A stretch of DNA of 61,914 nt, filler included. It is 7 parts of 7 records of this genome, joined end to end, with 100 filler letters (N's around TTAATTAATTAA, not from the genome) between each part and the next. Parts side by side here need not be neighbours in the genome. Positions count along the whole stretch, not along the records: positions 1 to 14,868 come from SRR31147125_55536; 6 more parts are not named here. One strand, 5' to 3'. Below the pieces are notes generated by a model that saw only the letters and a program-made list of their open reading frames with translations, searched no databases and was not told the origin of the DNA. The position numbers and the translations under genes are program-made. Below, in pieces: positions 1-9,509 of the stretch; position 1 is the first letter of the stretch, and the number at the start of each line of letters is the position of its first letter.

Positions 1-38
1 TTTTTTAAATATCGTAATAGTGATTCATTAAAAAGTCA

Positions 39-68
39 TTGACAAAACAAATATCAGTAAATTATATT
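39..68 (+). promoter_or_regulatory. Putative sigma70 promoter
   Basis: TTGACA (39-44) and TATATT (63-68), 18-nt spacer, upstream of ORF 137. Confidence 0.3.
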
Positions 69-136
69 ATTTTAAATTTCAAACAAATAGACAAAACCAT
101 CTCCAACACACACAACAAAAATCAGGGCGAACCAGT

Positions 137-988
137 ATGAATCCTATGAGAAAAACAAAAAGAGAACTAGTCAAAATTCTAAAATTTTTCGAAAAAGAAA
201 TCCAAATTTTAAGACGAGAATTGATTCTCATCTCTTCCATTAATGACCACTCACTGGAGAATTTCGAAACACTATATGGTATAATTGACGAGCTTTGCAA
301 GTCCAATGCATCACTTGAATTAGATTATGATGCTGCAAAAACAAAGTTGGCCCAACTGAAGCGGGAAAACTCAAAGCGATCCGAAGCGCGGGAAGAAAAA
401 GCCCATTTACAAACCATCGCTAATTTAGAATCCCTCATCGATGATTTTTCCAGCATCATATTAAACCTCAACACCCAAAATGAGGCGCTTAAAACGGATC
501 TTGAGAAAATTCAAAAGGAAAACGCACTGATTTCAGAACGTCATCGCAGCATTATCGACTTGGCCAAATGCTTTGATGAAACAAATCGGAAACTGTCAAT
601 TGATTATAAAAACACACTTGAAAAAATTTCGGATTATGTTTCACTGGCACAAAGTAATGAGAAGCTGTTTGTGTTGGTTGATAAAAACCTTGAGATTCAA
701 TTGATGAGCGATCTTTTCAAACAACAGGTCAAACATAGCGACCGATTGAAAAACAGTTCGTTGATGGATATGATTTCCGAAAAGACACAAAAACGAAAAA
801 GCAAACATCTCAACAAAGTAAAATCGGTGTTAAGGGGTAAACAGAGTGAAACCCTGCAGTCATTTTATTTTAAATATTCCCCCCTGACGCAAATTAAAAC
901 AAAAGCGGAAGTGGTAAAAACAACTTACAATAACCAACCGGCAGCAATGGTGTTTATGGAAAACAGACTATCGCAACAAACAGCATAA
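137..988 (+). CDS. Hypothetical coiled-coil protein
   Basis: 283-aa ORF with a heptad-rich N-terminal two thirds; no family recognised. Confidence 0.7.
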   Translation: MNPMRKTKRELVKILKFFEKEIQILRRELILISSINDHSLENFETLYGIIDELCKSNASLELDYDAAKTKLAQLKRENSKRSEAREEKAHLQTIANLESLIDDFSSIILNLNTQNEALKTDLEKIQKENALISERHRSIIDLAKCFDETNRKLSIDYKNTLEKISDYVSLAQSNEKLFVLVDKNLEIQLMSDLFKQQVKHSDRLKNSSLMDMISEKTQKRKSKHLNKVKSVLRGKQSETLQSFYFKYSPLTQIKTKAEVVKTTYNNQPAAMVFMENRLSQQTA

Positions 989-994
989 GGGTCC

Positions 995-1017
995 GTGACG
1001 GAAACCATACCCGTCAC
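995..1017 (+). terminator. Hairpin after ORF 137-988
   Basis: GTGACGG...CCGTCAC inverted repeat; weak U tail. Confidence 0.3.
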
Positions 1018-1083
1018 CTTAAAAGAAGGATTAACCAGGCTATTTGTACATGGCGAACGGTGCCAGGCCGTGTCACCCCTATA

Positions 1084-1138
1084 TTTAATCGGCTTTTAAT
1101 GCCGTTCTAACACGAATCTAACAAAAATAGTCGATAAT
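1084..1138 (+). promoter_or_regulatory. Pho-box-like tandem repeats plus -10 element
   Basis: TTTAATC/TTTAATG/TCTAACA/TCTAACA at 1084/1095/1106/1117 (exact 11-bp period), then GATAAT at 1133; the operon contains phoU and phoR. Confidence 0.55.
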
Positions 1139-1209
1139 TCCGACTTTCATTTTCGGCTCAGACCAATGAATAGGGATCGGAGGTGTAAATTTGGCCACTG
1201 AAAAAAAAA

Positions 1210-1743
1210 TTGAAAGCACTTTCCAAAGAAGAGACCGCGACTCTGTTGAGGGAAATTGCCGATTGTATGGAAGGGAAAAGCAATGGCGTGACACCGGCGT
1301 CGATCTATCCTGTTCAATGCTCCCGGTTTAAATATCTCGAGCTGGAGATCAGTCAAAGCTTTGAAGGGACATTTCGGTTCAAGGCAAAATCAAAACCCAT
1401 GCCGGATCCGGAGGCATCTGACAAGAGACCATCCAATACGTCTGAGAAAAACGAAAAACCGAAATATAAAAAACTGAAAAAAAGAATGAAGCAGGACTTC
1501 AGACGAATCCATGATGCGCTTGCTGCAAATCAGCTCCCTGGTGATTTTCTATTGCGTTCTTTTTTAGATGATTCCGACATGATGACATCCCATAAAAACC
1601 ATGGGGATTCGTACTATGCCCCCTATCGATCCGCATGCGACCGGTTGAAGGAAGCCGTAGAAGCAAAAGATCTTCTTTCAGCCAAAGGTATCTATCAGGA
1701 ATTGAACCAGATTAAAGCCGATTGCCATAGAAAGTACAAATAA
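1210..1743 (+). CDS. GAK-system XXXCH domain protein
   Basis: C-terminal helical domain ending KADCHRKYK; amphipathic N-terminal helix (TATLLREIAD); GAK context. True start probably TTG 1191 (GGAGG upstream) with an indel in or near the A9 run. Confidence 0.75.
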   Translation: MKALSKEETATLLREIADCMEGKSNGVTPASIYPVQCSRFKYLELEISQSFEGTFRFKAKSKPMPDPEASDKRPSNTSEKNEKPKYKKLKKRMKQDFRRIHDALAANQLPGDFLLRSFLDDSDMMTSHKNHGDSYYAPYRSACDRLKEAVEAKDLLSAKGIYQELNQIKADCHRKYK

Positions 1744-1829
1744 TCCATCCCGATTGAGGCTGAAGCCGACAAATCTAAGAACTCCCGACTTCCCATGAGA
1801 AGCGGCTATATATAAATGGAAAATTAAGA

Positions 1830-2993
1830 ATGAGCAACCCCGAACGCAAAGCCAACATGGAAGTGATCTCTTTTGTTCCCCAGGATATCCCCGAGGAAGT
1901 GACAGAACAGGATCAAGACATTTTTTTTGAAGTCACTTCATTCGATTTAAGCGATGAGCAAAAAAAACGAATCACTCATCCGGAACATGTCTATCCCCGC
2001 CAAGGCGCGGTCCTGGCGGTTCACTGGCACCCCGAGTTCATTCCCATGGATCTCATCCACCAGCGCCTTCAAAACCTGTTTCCAAACAGTACCAATGAGC
2101 TGATCATCCCCACCCAGCACAATGAAATCCTGAATTACAAGGGATTTTCCGGGGTTGAGGTGGACTGCTACTCAAGGGGGTTCAACCAGAAAGTACAACT
2201 GCTTCTCCATTTTAAAAATGAAAATGTAAAAGAGGCGGATATGCTCAAAAGCATGCTGGCCCATACGTTTAAATACCGGTCCTCCCAACTGTTTGAGTTC
2301 ATGGATACCATCAACACCCCCATAGAGCATCGCATTGAAGCGGCAGCCAGACAAACCGGTGCCAATGAGGATCTGATTCGATTCGTTCAAATTTATGTTA
2401 AGAAAATCGCTGAAATGGTGGATGCCAACATCTCCAAAATCCCCCCTCAGGCCATTAAAAACAAGGTGCTGCGGAACTTTTTCGATCACCTACGGCCTAT
2501 CCACGGAGACACCCTTATCGACCGTGCCCAGACATTTCTGACTGCCGTAAAAAAAGAGATGAAAGCCGAATTTTCGTTAGAGTACTTTTTCAGGACATCG
2601 GAGGTCATCGAAGAGGCAAGGGCGTTGAATGCCGGGATTGTCATTCCCCATCCCGAGCAGTTCTGGCCTGTTCTACTGGCTGATTACGACGTGGACGGGG
2701 TTGAGGTGTGGAATCCCCAATCCCAAAGATATACCGATTTTCTCATCTCCGTTATCCGGGATATCAACACCAAGCAGCATCGAAAAGATCGTCCGCTTCT
2801 GGTGTTCATGGGGGATGACACCCATTTTGGTGAGAAAGTCCGGGATCCGGAAAAGCAAAATAAAATAAAAGCGGCCAGGGAGCTGGGACATCAGCCGCCC
2901 TGGGAAGATCTTAATATCTCAAAAGCATTGGTGAAATCAGGACTCAATAAAGAGAAGGTGATTGAAGAGTACACCCACCGGATTGGTGGGTAA
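1830..2993 (+). CDS. PHP-domain-like metallo-phosphoesterase (GAK-associated)
   Basis: VHWH, PHPE, DGVEVWN and GDDTH motifs resemble the PHP barrel. Confidence 0.6.
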   Translation: MSNPERKANMEVISFVPQDIPEEVTEQDQDIFFEVTSFDLSDEQKKRITHPEHVYPRQGAVLAVHWHPEFIPMDLIHQRLQNLFPNSTNELIIPTQHNEILNYKGFSGVEVDCYSRGFNQKVQLLLHFKNENVKEADMLKSMLAHTFKYRSSQLFEFMDTINTPIEHRIEAAARQTGANEDLIRFVQIYVKKIAEMVDANISKIPPQAIKNKVLRNFFDHLRPIHGDTLIDRAQTFLTAVKKEMKAEFSLEYFFRTSEVIEEARALNAGIVIPHPEQFWPVLLADYDVDGVEVWNPQSQRYTDFLISVIRDINTKQHRKDRPLLVFMGDDTHFGEKVRDPEKQNKIKAARELGHQPPWEDLNISKALVKSGLNKEKVIEEYTHRIGG

Positions 2994-3233
2994 TTCTGAT
3001 ACAATTTTTCTTTTTACGCAGGGCACCGCGCGAGTTGTGCCCTTACTTATCTCTTCACTTGATGAGAACAGACTCTAAGAACAAACGAAACAAAGGAATA
3101 GTCCATGAATAACGTGCCCACTCCAGTATCCCATGCTGCTGAAAGCCGGCGTATTTCAATTATGATTTCGTTATTTCGGATTCATTCCCGAACATAAAAA
3201 CGATTTAACATTTTAAGTGTTAGGAGGCCTTCC

Positions 3234-3506
3234 ATGGCGGCAAAAGATGAATTTGAACATGAATCCGTGCAGGATCATGAAACGATCAGTGAATACTTAA
3301 AAGCACTGATGGAGGGGTTTGCCAAACAACAGATTGTGTTTGACACCGCAGACCAACAAATCACCCTGCACCCGAATAACCTGATTGATTTTGAAATCAA
3401 AGCCAGAAAAAAGAGCGGAAAAAACAAAATTAGCCTTAAATTTTCCTGGAAAGATAATTCTATAGATCAAAAAACCCCGAAATCATTTGAAATCACAACG
3501 GAGTAG
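3234..3506 (+). CDS. Amphi-Trp domain protein
   Basis: Amphipathic helix (ISEYLKALMEGF), beta strands, terminal LKFSW; AGGAGG RBS. Confidence 0.8.
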   Translation: MAAKDEFEHESVQDHETISEYLKALMEGFAKQQIVFDTADQQITLHPNNLIDFEIKARKKSGKNKISLKFSWKDNSIDQKTPKSFEITTE

Positions 3507-3620
3507 CGTGAGCGATAAGTACCTGAGCGTTATTAATTCAATAGCATCCCTATGGAAAATCCACATTAAATATGCTTCAGTGCTTAAGCGTTGCAATACC
3601 CGGGAAACAAGGCTGCATTC

Positions 3621-5255
3621 ATGAAAGACATTTTTGGAAATTTCAAGTTTCTTGCCATTGAAACGGAAAATCAGATCAAACTCACCCACGGACTTTTGAA
3701 CGATTACAATCTCGAAGTTCTGGAAAAAATCGGTGCCAAGGACGATTATATCGACAACCTGAAAACCGCCATCGAAAACGACTGTTTCTCCCGAATTGCC
3801 GAGCTGAAACTCAGCACCAATCTGGAACAGATCAATCGGATCCGAGCCACCCACATCATCTGTATTAATCTTGAAAGAATTGCCGATTTTTGCGTCAACA
3901 TTACAAGACAGCTTCAATATCTCAGCAAAATTGAGTTCATTCACCAGTACGACTACAAAATCATGTTTCGGGTGATTCAAAAAAGTATTACCAACGTTAC
4001 CCGAGTGTTTGACAACAACGATCTGACAGGCGCCCTCCACATCTGCAAAGCGGAATTTGAGCTGGATAAAATGTGGGATGAGACGTTTAAGAACCTCTTG
4101 GAAGATCTCAAGAAAGGTAAGAGCGTCACCGATCTCATCACCACCATTTTCATATTCAGGTATCTGGAAAGAATCGGAGACTCCATTCTCAATATCGGCG
4201 AAGCCCTTATTTTTGCCATCATGGGAGACCGGATCAAAATCAGGCAGTTTGAAGCCCTTGAAAAGACCTTATCCGAGTCCGGTTTTGAAGGCACTTTGGA
4301 TGATATCGACTTTGCCTCTATCTGGGGATCTCGATCCGGTTGTCGTATCAGCAAGGTGAGCCGGAAAAAACCATCCGGATTCAAGGCTCAGGGAATTTTT
4401 AAAGAGGGCAAGATCGAGAAGATCAAAAAAGAGCATCAAAACATCTGCCGATGGGAGGAAATTTTTCCCGGTCTTGCACCCAAAGTGTTTGGATACTACG
4501 AAAAATTCTCCACCGCTTCCATGCTGGTGGAGTTTCTTTCAGGATGTACCTTAGACCAAATCATCCTGACGGAAGAGCCGGAAGTGATCAACAATGTCGT
4601 GTTTATTCTTGAAAACACCATGCTGGAGATATGGACCAAGACCAAAACCAAAACCCCTCTGCAAACCGACTTCATGACTCAGCTGAAAAGTCGCCTCAGC
4701 CCCATCAAACGGGTTCATCCGGATTTTTTCAGACCGCAACTTGCCATCAACTCCATGTCGGTTCGTTCGACGGAAAAGCTGATCAAAAAGTGCAGCAAAA
4801 TCGAAGAAGAGCTGCATGCCCCATTTTCCGTTTTCATTCACGGAGATTACAACACCAACAACATTGTCTACAACCACGAAGAGCAGAAGATCAATTACAT
4901 CGATTTATATCGATCCCGAGAGGCGGATTATGTCCAGGATGCGTCGGTGTTCTTAGTCTCCAACTTTAGAATGCCGGTGTTCGAGCCCGAATTCAGAGAG
5001 CGTTTGAATCGAACTTCGAATTATTTTTTAAATACGTTCCGAAATTTTGCAAAAGAGAACAACGACACCTCATTTGAAGTAAGAATGGCCCTGGCCCTGG
5101 CCCGTTCGTTTTTCACCTCCACACGATTCGAACTTCAACCCGAGTTTGCCAAGGAGATGTGTAACCGATCTCATTTTCTCATGGAAAGAATCTTGGCTCA
5201 CAAAGAAGAGCCATGGGACGCATTTAACGTTCCGGATTCCATTCTGAGTTACTGA
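3621..5255 (+). CDS. PhoU-domain / aminoglycoside-phosphotransferase-like kinase fusion
   Basis: Two PhoU repeats (NLERIAD, YLERIGD), then GSRSG loop, HGDYNTNN and YIDL kinase motifs. Confidence 0.8.
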   Translation: MKDIFGNFKFLAIETENQIKLTHGLLNDYNLEVLEKIGAKDDYIDNLKTAIENDCFSRIAELKLSTNLEQINRIRATHIICINLERIADFCVNITRQLQYLSKIEFIHQYDYKIMFRVIQKSITNVTRVFDNNDLTGALHICKAEFELDKMWDETFKNLLEDLKKGKSVTDLITTIFIFRYLERIGDSILNIGEALIFAIMGDRIKIRQFEALEKTLSESGFEGTLDDIDFASIWGSRSGCRISKVSRKKPSGFKAQGIFKEGKIEKIKKEHQNICRWEEIFPGLAPKVFGYYEKFSTASMLVEFLSGCTLDQIILTEEPEVINNVVFILENTMLEIWTKTKTKTPLQTDFMTQLKSRLSPIKRVHPDFFRPQLAINSMSVRSTEKLIKKCSKIEEELHAPFSVFIHGDYNTNNIVYNHEEQKINYIDLYRSREADYVQDASVFLVSNFRMPVFEPEFRERLNRTSNYFLNTFRNFAKENNDTSFEVRMALALARSFFTSTRFELQPEFAKEMCNRSHFLMERILAHKEEPWDAFNVPDSILSY

Positions 5256-5310
5256 TACAAAAATACAACCAAATACCAAAATATTTTTTATGAATTGATG
5301 GAGTAAATAC

Positions 5311-6189
5311 ATGATAAAAATCGGAATCATAGGCACACCTGATGGATGGTCATCTGAAACCCTGGCCGACACAGTGGAAAAAAAGACCGGTTACAGATTG
5401 CTCATTCCCCTGCGGGACATTTCTCTGGATCTGGAAAACGGTACGGCATGGTACAAGGACATCGATATTTCCAAACTGGATGCCCTGATCATCAAAAAAG
5501 CAGGGAAACACTACTCCCCTGCCCTGCTGGATCGCCTGGAAATGCTGCGTGCCCTCCATGAAAAAGGGCTCCCCATTTTTTCCAATCCATTCAACATCAT
5601 GCGGGTTCTGGATCGACTCAGTTGTACCGTGACGTTAAAAAACGGCGACATTCCCATGCCTCCCACGGTAATTACGGAAAATGTCGAAGCGGCAATCAAA
5701 GCGGTAGAAACATATCAGGAAGCGGTGTTTAAACCGATGTTTTCATCCAAAGCCCGGGGCATGGTCGTCATGCGCCCCGGTGACAACCTAAAAAAACAAA
5801 TTGAAGAATTCACCGCTGAACACGGCATCATGTATATCCAGAAAAAACTGGATCTGGGCGGTCAGGATCTGGGGATTGCTTTTTTGGGTGGTAAATATCT
5901 CACCACCTATGCCCGATGCAATGACGGCACCTCATGGAACACCACCACAAGGTCCGGTGGAAAGTACAAACCCTACACGCCATCTGAAAGCACCATTGAA
6001 TTGGCCGAAAAAGCTCAGGCTCTTTTCGGTCTTGACTTTACCTGCGTGGACGTTGCCGAAACCCCGGATGGACCGGTAGTGTTTGAAGTCTCTGCATTTG
6101 GTGGATTCAGGGGGATCCAGACCGCCAGCGGAATGGATGCGGCAGAACTCTTTGTTGATTACGTACTTGAGCAAATTAATGAAAAATAG
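5311..6189 (+). CDS. GAK-system ATP-grasp enzyme (RimK/CofF-like)
   Basis: VFKPMFSSKARG, YIQK, WNTT..SGG, DFTCVD and VFEVS ATP-grasp motifs. Confidence 0.85.
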   Translation: MIKIGIIGTPDGWSSETLADTVEKKTGYRLLIPLRDISLDLENGTAWYKDIDISKLDALIIKKAGKHYSPALLDRLEMLRALHEKGLPIFSNPFNIMRVLDRLSCTVTLKNGDIPMPPTVITENVEAAIKAVETYQEAVFKPMFSSKARGMVVMRPGDNLKKQIEEFTAEHGIMYIQKKLDLGGQDLGIAFLGGKYLTTYARCNDGTSWNTTTRSGGKYKPYTPSESTIELAEKAQALFGLDFTCVDVAETPDGPVVFEVSAFGGFRGIQTASGMDAAELFVDYVLEQINEK

Positions 6190-6239
6190 TGGTATCTTAC
6201 CACCTAGCAATGGAAAACGTATTGGGAGGATAAATTAAA

Positions 6240-7373
6240 ATGTCTGAAGAACGGATTGAAACCGGGGAGAGGCGTATCGGCGACTATATCGCCGAGTTTA
6301 GAAAAGAGTTTCCTGCTTCCCATGAAATGGCGCTGAAATTTGCGGATTGTTGCATTCACGTCACCATGAACGATGTCGACCTAAAAGAAGAGCTGATCCA
6401 TTACTTTGACACCTTTGTCATTCCTATGGAGAGCCCTGAGGATTCAAAACCGATTGATATTCGGATTACTGCCCATGAAGCCCCCACAGTTGACTTCCCC
6501 ATTGACTTCACCACCAAACAGCCGGATCCGGGAAAAACCAAGATCAAGGAAGCCTATGTTGATCTGAGTGACGGTCGCATCGTGAAAAAAAGATTGACCG
6601 GCATGCATTTTCTCTTTGGGGGCGGAGAACATCTGGCCATCGGTCCTTGCCGCGACAACAGCAATCAGGTGATCAATTTTATCAATAACCGTTACATCGA
6701 ATGGGAACTTTGCAGGGGGGCCCTTCTGGGTCATGCCGCTGCGGTGGCATGGAAAGGAAAAGGCGCTGCTGCTGCAGGGTTTTCAGGCGCGGGAAAATCG
6801 ACTTTTGCCCTTCACATGATGAATCTGGGCACCACATTCATCAGTAACGATCGACTCATGATCCGAAAGCACGGCGCTGGTGCCGATCTTACCATGTACG
6901 GTGTGGCCAAACTCCCCCGCATCAATCCCGGCACCATCCTCAACAACCCCAGTCTTCTCAAAATCATGAGCGATGAGGAGATCAAGACGTTCTCTGCGCT
7001 TCCCAAGGAGGAACTGTGGGAGCTGGAACATAAGTTCGATGCCTCCATCGACGAATGCTTCGGCCCGGACAAATTTGTTCTGGACGCCCCAATGCGTGCG
7101 TTGGCCATCCTCAACTGGAAACATGGAGATGAGCCGCTGAAGGTGGAGATTGTCGACCCCAATGAACGAAAAGATCTTCTTCCGGCATTTATGAAATCCA
7201 CCGGTCTCTTTTTCACCCCGGAATCGGAATGCAACATGCCGGATCCCACGGCGGATGCCTATGCAGATTATCTCTCAAACTGTACCGTCATCGAATTCAG
7301 CGGCGGGATTCATTTTGAAGCGGCTGCGGAAATATATATTCACTTTCTGGAACATGGCGAGCTACCGGAATGA
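6240..7373 (+). CDS. HprK-related kinase B
   Basis: GHAAAV, Walker A GFSGAGKST and ISNDR, typical of HprK-like P-loop kinases. Confidence 0.85.
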   Translation: MSEERIETGERRIGDYIAEFRKEFPASHEMALKFADCCIHVTMNDVDLKEELIHYFDTFVIPMESPEDSKPIDIRITAHEAPTVDFPIDFTTKQPDPGKTKIKEAYVDLSDGRIVKKRLTGMHFLFGGGEHLAIGPCRDNSNQVINFINNRYIEWELCRGALLGHAAAVAWKGKGAAAAGFSGAGKSTFALHMMNLGTTFISNDRLMIRKHGAGADLTMYGVAKLPRINPGTILNNPSLLKIMSDEEIKTFSALPKEELWELEHKFDASIDECFGPDKFVLDAPMRALAILNWKHGDEPLKVEIVDPNERKDLLPAFMKSTGLFFTPESECNMPDPTADAYADYLSNCTVIEFSGGIHFEAAAEIYIHFLEHGELPE

Positions 7374-7477
7374 GAGCCTTACCTTTGCAGGCACTATGAA
7401 TTATCAGGGAGTGGTTCAATTAATTGCCCACTCCCCAATTTTTTTGTTGTCTGAATCAAGTGAAAGCCTAGGTTTAA

Positions 7478-8818
7478 ATGAAACTTCAGATTAAACGCAC
7501 CATCACGTTGCCGGATCCGGTATCCCTTGAACGCCTCAAACGCGTTCCCGAGCTTGGTCCCAAAATCCTCTTCTTCAGCGGCGGCACCGCACTTCGACGT
7601 GCTTGCCCGGAATTGACACGGTACACGCATAACTCCATTCACCTCATCACGCCCTTTGATTCCGGCGGCAGTTCCGCAGTGTTGAGAAAAGCGTTCAACA
7701 TGCCTGCCATCGGAGATGTGAGAAATCGACTGCTTGCCCTGGCTGATCAGAGTCTCCACGGACACCATGAAATTTACCGTCTCTTTGCCCATCGCTTTCC
7801 AAAAAATGGCTCAAACGGAGATTTGAGAGTCCAACTGGATGAAATGATTGACGGAAGAGATCCATTGGTGGCGGAAGTGCCGGACCCCATGCGGAAGATC
7901 ATTCGGCAGCATCTTCGGCTATTCAAGGAATTCATGCCCGAGGGGTTCGACTTACGAAAGGCGAGTATCGGTAATCTGATCCTGACGGCCGGCTACCTTG
8001 AAAACCGTAGAAACTCAGATGTCATCATCTACATCTTCACCAAGCTGGTCCAGACACTGGGAATGGTGAGACCCGTCATAAACAAAGATCTTCACCTGGC
8101 AGCCGAGCTTGAAGACGGCGCCGTCAAGATCGGTCAGCACATCCTCACCGGAAAGGAAAACGCCCCGATCAGCAGTAAAATAAAAAAAATCTGGCTGTGC
8201 AATGCCTTGGATGACCCAACCCCGGTGACCATGCCCATCCGGAACAAAGTCAAAGAGCTGATTGTGGATGCAGATCTCATCTGCTATCCTATCGGCAGCT
8301 TTTATTCCAGTTTGGTGGCAAACCTTCTCCCGTCCGGTGTGGGAAAGGCCATCAAGCAGTCTCAAGTTCCGAAAGTGTTTGTTCCAAACACCGGCGTTCT
8401 GGATCCTGAGGCCTTTGGCATGACCCTGATGGATCAGGTGATGACCTTGATTCGAACACTTCAATCAGATGTTGAGACGCCGGTTGAAACGAGCCTTTTA
8501 GATGACGAAGAAGGTGACCGGCTTCAAGAACTCGACACTTGCCACCAGGCAAATTCAAGTGACGCCTCAGCGGTTGATAAAGCGACCGCTTCCGGTGATG
8601 AATATCACGACAACACTGATTCGACTGCTTTGCCCTGCGATTTTATCACTTATCTTCTCATTGACAGCCGCAATGGCAATTATCGGGGAGAGGTGAATCA
8701 GTCCATCCTGGATGAAATGGGCATTGAAGTGATTGATCTGCCCCTGGTCACTTCCGATAGCCACCCGTTCATCGCCCCTGAAAAATTGATCCCGATTTTG
8801 GCATCTCTTTCTTCATAA
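7478..8818 (+). CDS. GAK-system CofD/YvcK-like protein
   Basis: FFSGGTA, TPFDSGGSS, IGDVRN, ASIGNL and PIGSFYSS motifs of the CofD/UPF0052 family. Confidence 0.85.
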   Translation: MKLQIKRTITLPDPVSLERLKRVPELGPKILFFSGGTALRRACPELTRYTHNSIHLITPFDSGGSSAVLRKAFNMPAIGDVRNRLLALADQSLHGHHEIYRLFAHRFPKNGSNGDLRVQLDEMIDGRDPLVAEVPDPMRKIIRQHLRLFKEFMPEGFDLRKASIGNLILTAGYLENRRNSDVIIYIFTKLVQTLGMVRPVINKDLHLAAELEDGAVKIGQHILTGKENAPISSKIKKIWLCNALDDPTPVTMPIRNKVKELIVDADLICYPIGSFYSSLVANLLPSGVGKAIKQSQVPKVFVPNTGVLDPEAFGMTLMDQVMTLIRTLQSDVETPVETSLLDDEEGDRLQELDTCHQANSSDASAVDKATASGDEYHDNTDSTALPCDFITYLLIDSRNGNYRGEVNQSILDEMGIEVIDLPLVTSDSHPFIAPEKLIPILASLSS

Positions 8819-8843
8819 CCAAAACCAATCAGGAGATACATTC

Positions 8844-9509
8844 ATGGCAGCAAACTTAAGTAAAGAGATCGGAAAGCTCAAAAAATCCATCCTCTCCCTT
8901 GGTGCCCTAGTGGAACATCGTTTTAAAAAAGCGGTGGATGCCGTACGGACCGGGGATAAGGACATTGCTCAGTTCATTATCGATTCCGATGTCGAAATCG
9001 ATGAGATGGAAGTGGAGGTGGAAGAAGAGTGCCTCAAATTGCTGGCGCTTTATCAGCCGGTGGCCATTGATCTTCGTACCATTGTAGCCGTCATAAAAAT
9101 CAACAATGACCTGGAACGGGTCGCGGATCAGGCGGTGAATATCGCAGAGCGGATCATGACCATCTCCGGGAAAAATCTGGGAGATTACAGATTTGATTAT
9201 ACCCATATGGCGGAATTGACCGGTAAGATGCTGAAAACAAGTCTGGACGCACTGGTTCAGATGGATGCGGAACGTGCCAAGTCGGTTGTGGATATGGATT
9301 ATCAGGTGAACAACATCTGTCGAGAAGCTTATGACGCCATGAAATCCTCAATTGTCGCCTCTCCCAATCATGTCGGACAAGTGGTCAATCGCTACCTGAT
9401 TTCCAGGCATCTTGAGCGGGTTGGAGATCACGCCAGTAACATTGCCGAAGAGGTCATTCATCTGGCGAAAGGAAAAATCGTAAGGCACGTCAATGATCGT
9501 ACACAATAA
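8844..9509 (+). CDS. phoU: Phosphate signalling protein PhoU
   Basis: QPVAIDLR, DLERVADQ and LERVGDHASNIAE motifs. Confidence 0.92.
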   Translation: MAANLSKEIGKLKKSILSLGALVEHRFKKAVDAVRTGDKDIAQFIIDSDVEIDEMEVEVEEECLKLLALYQPVAIDLRTIVAVIKINNDLERVADQAVNIAERIMTISGKNLGDYRFDYTHMAELTGKMLKTSLDALVQMDAERAKSVVDMDYQVNNICREAYDAMKSSIVASPNHVGQVVNRYLISRHLERVGDHASNIAEEVIHLAKGKIVRHVNDRTQ

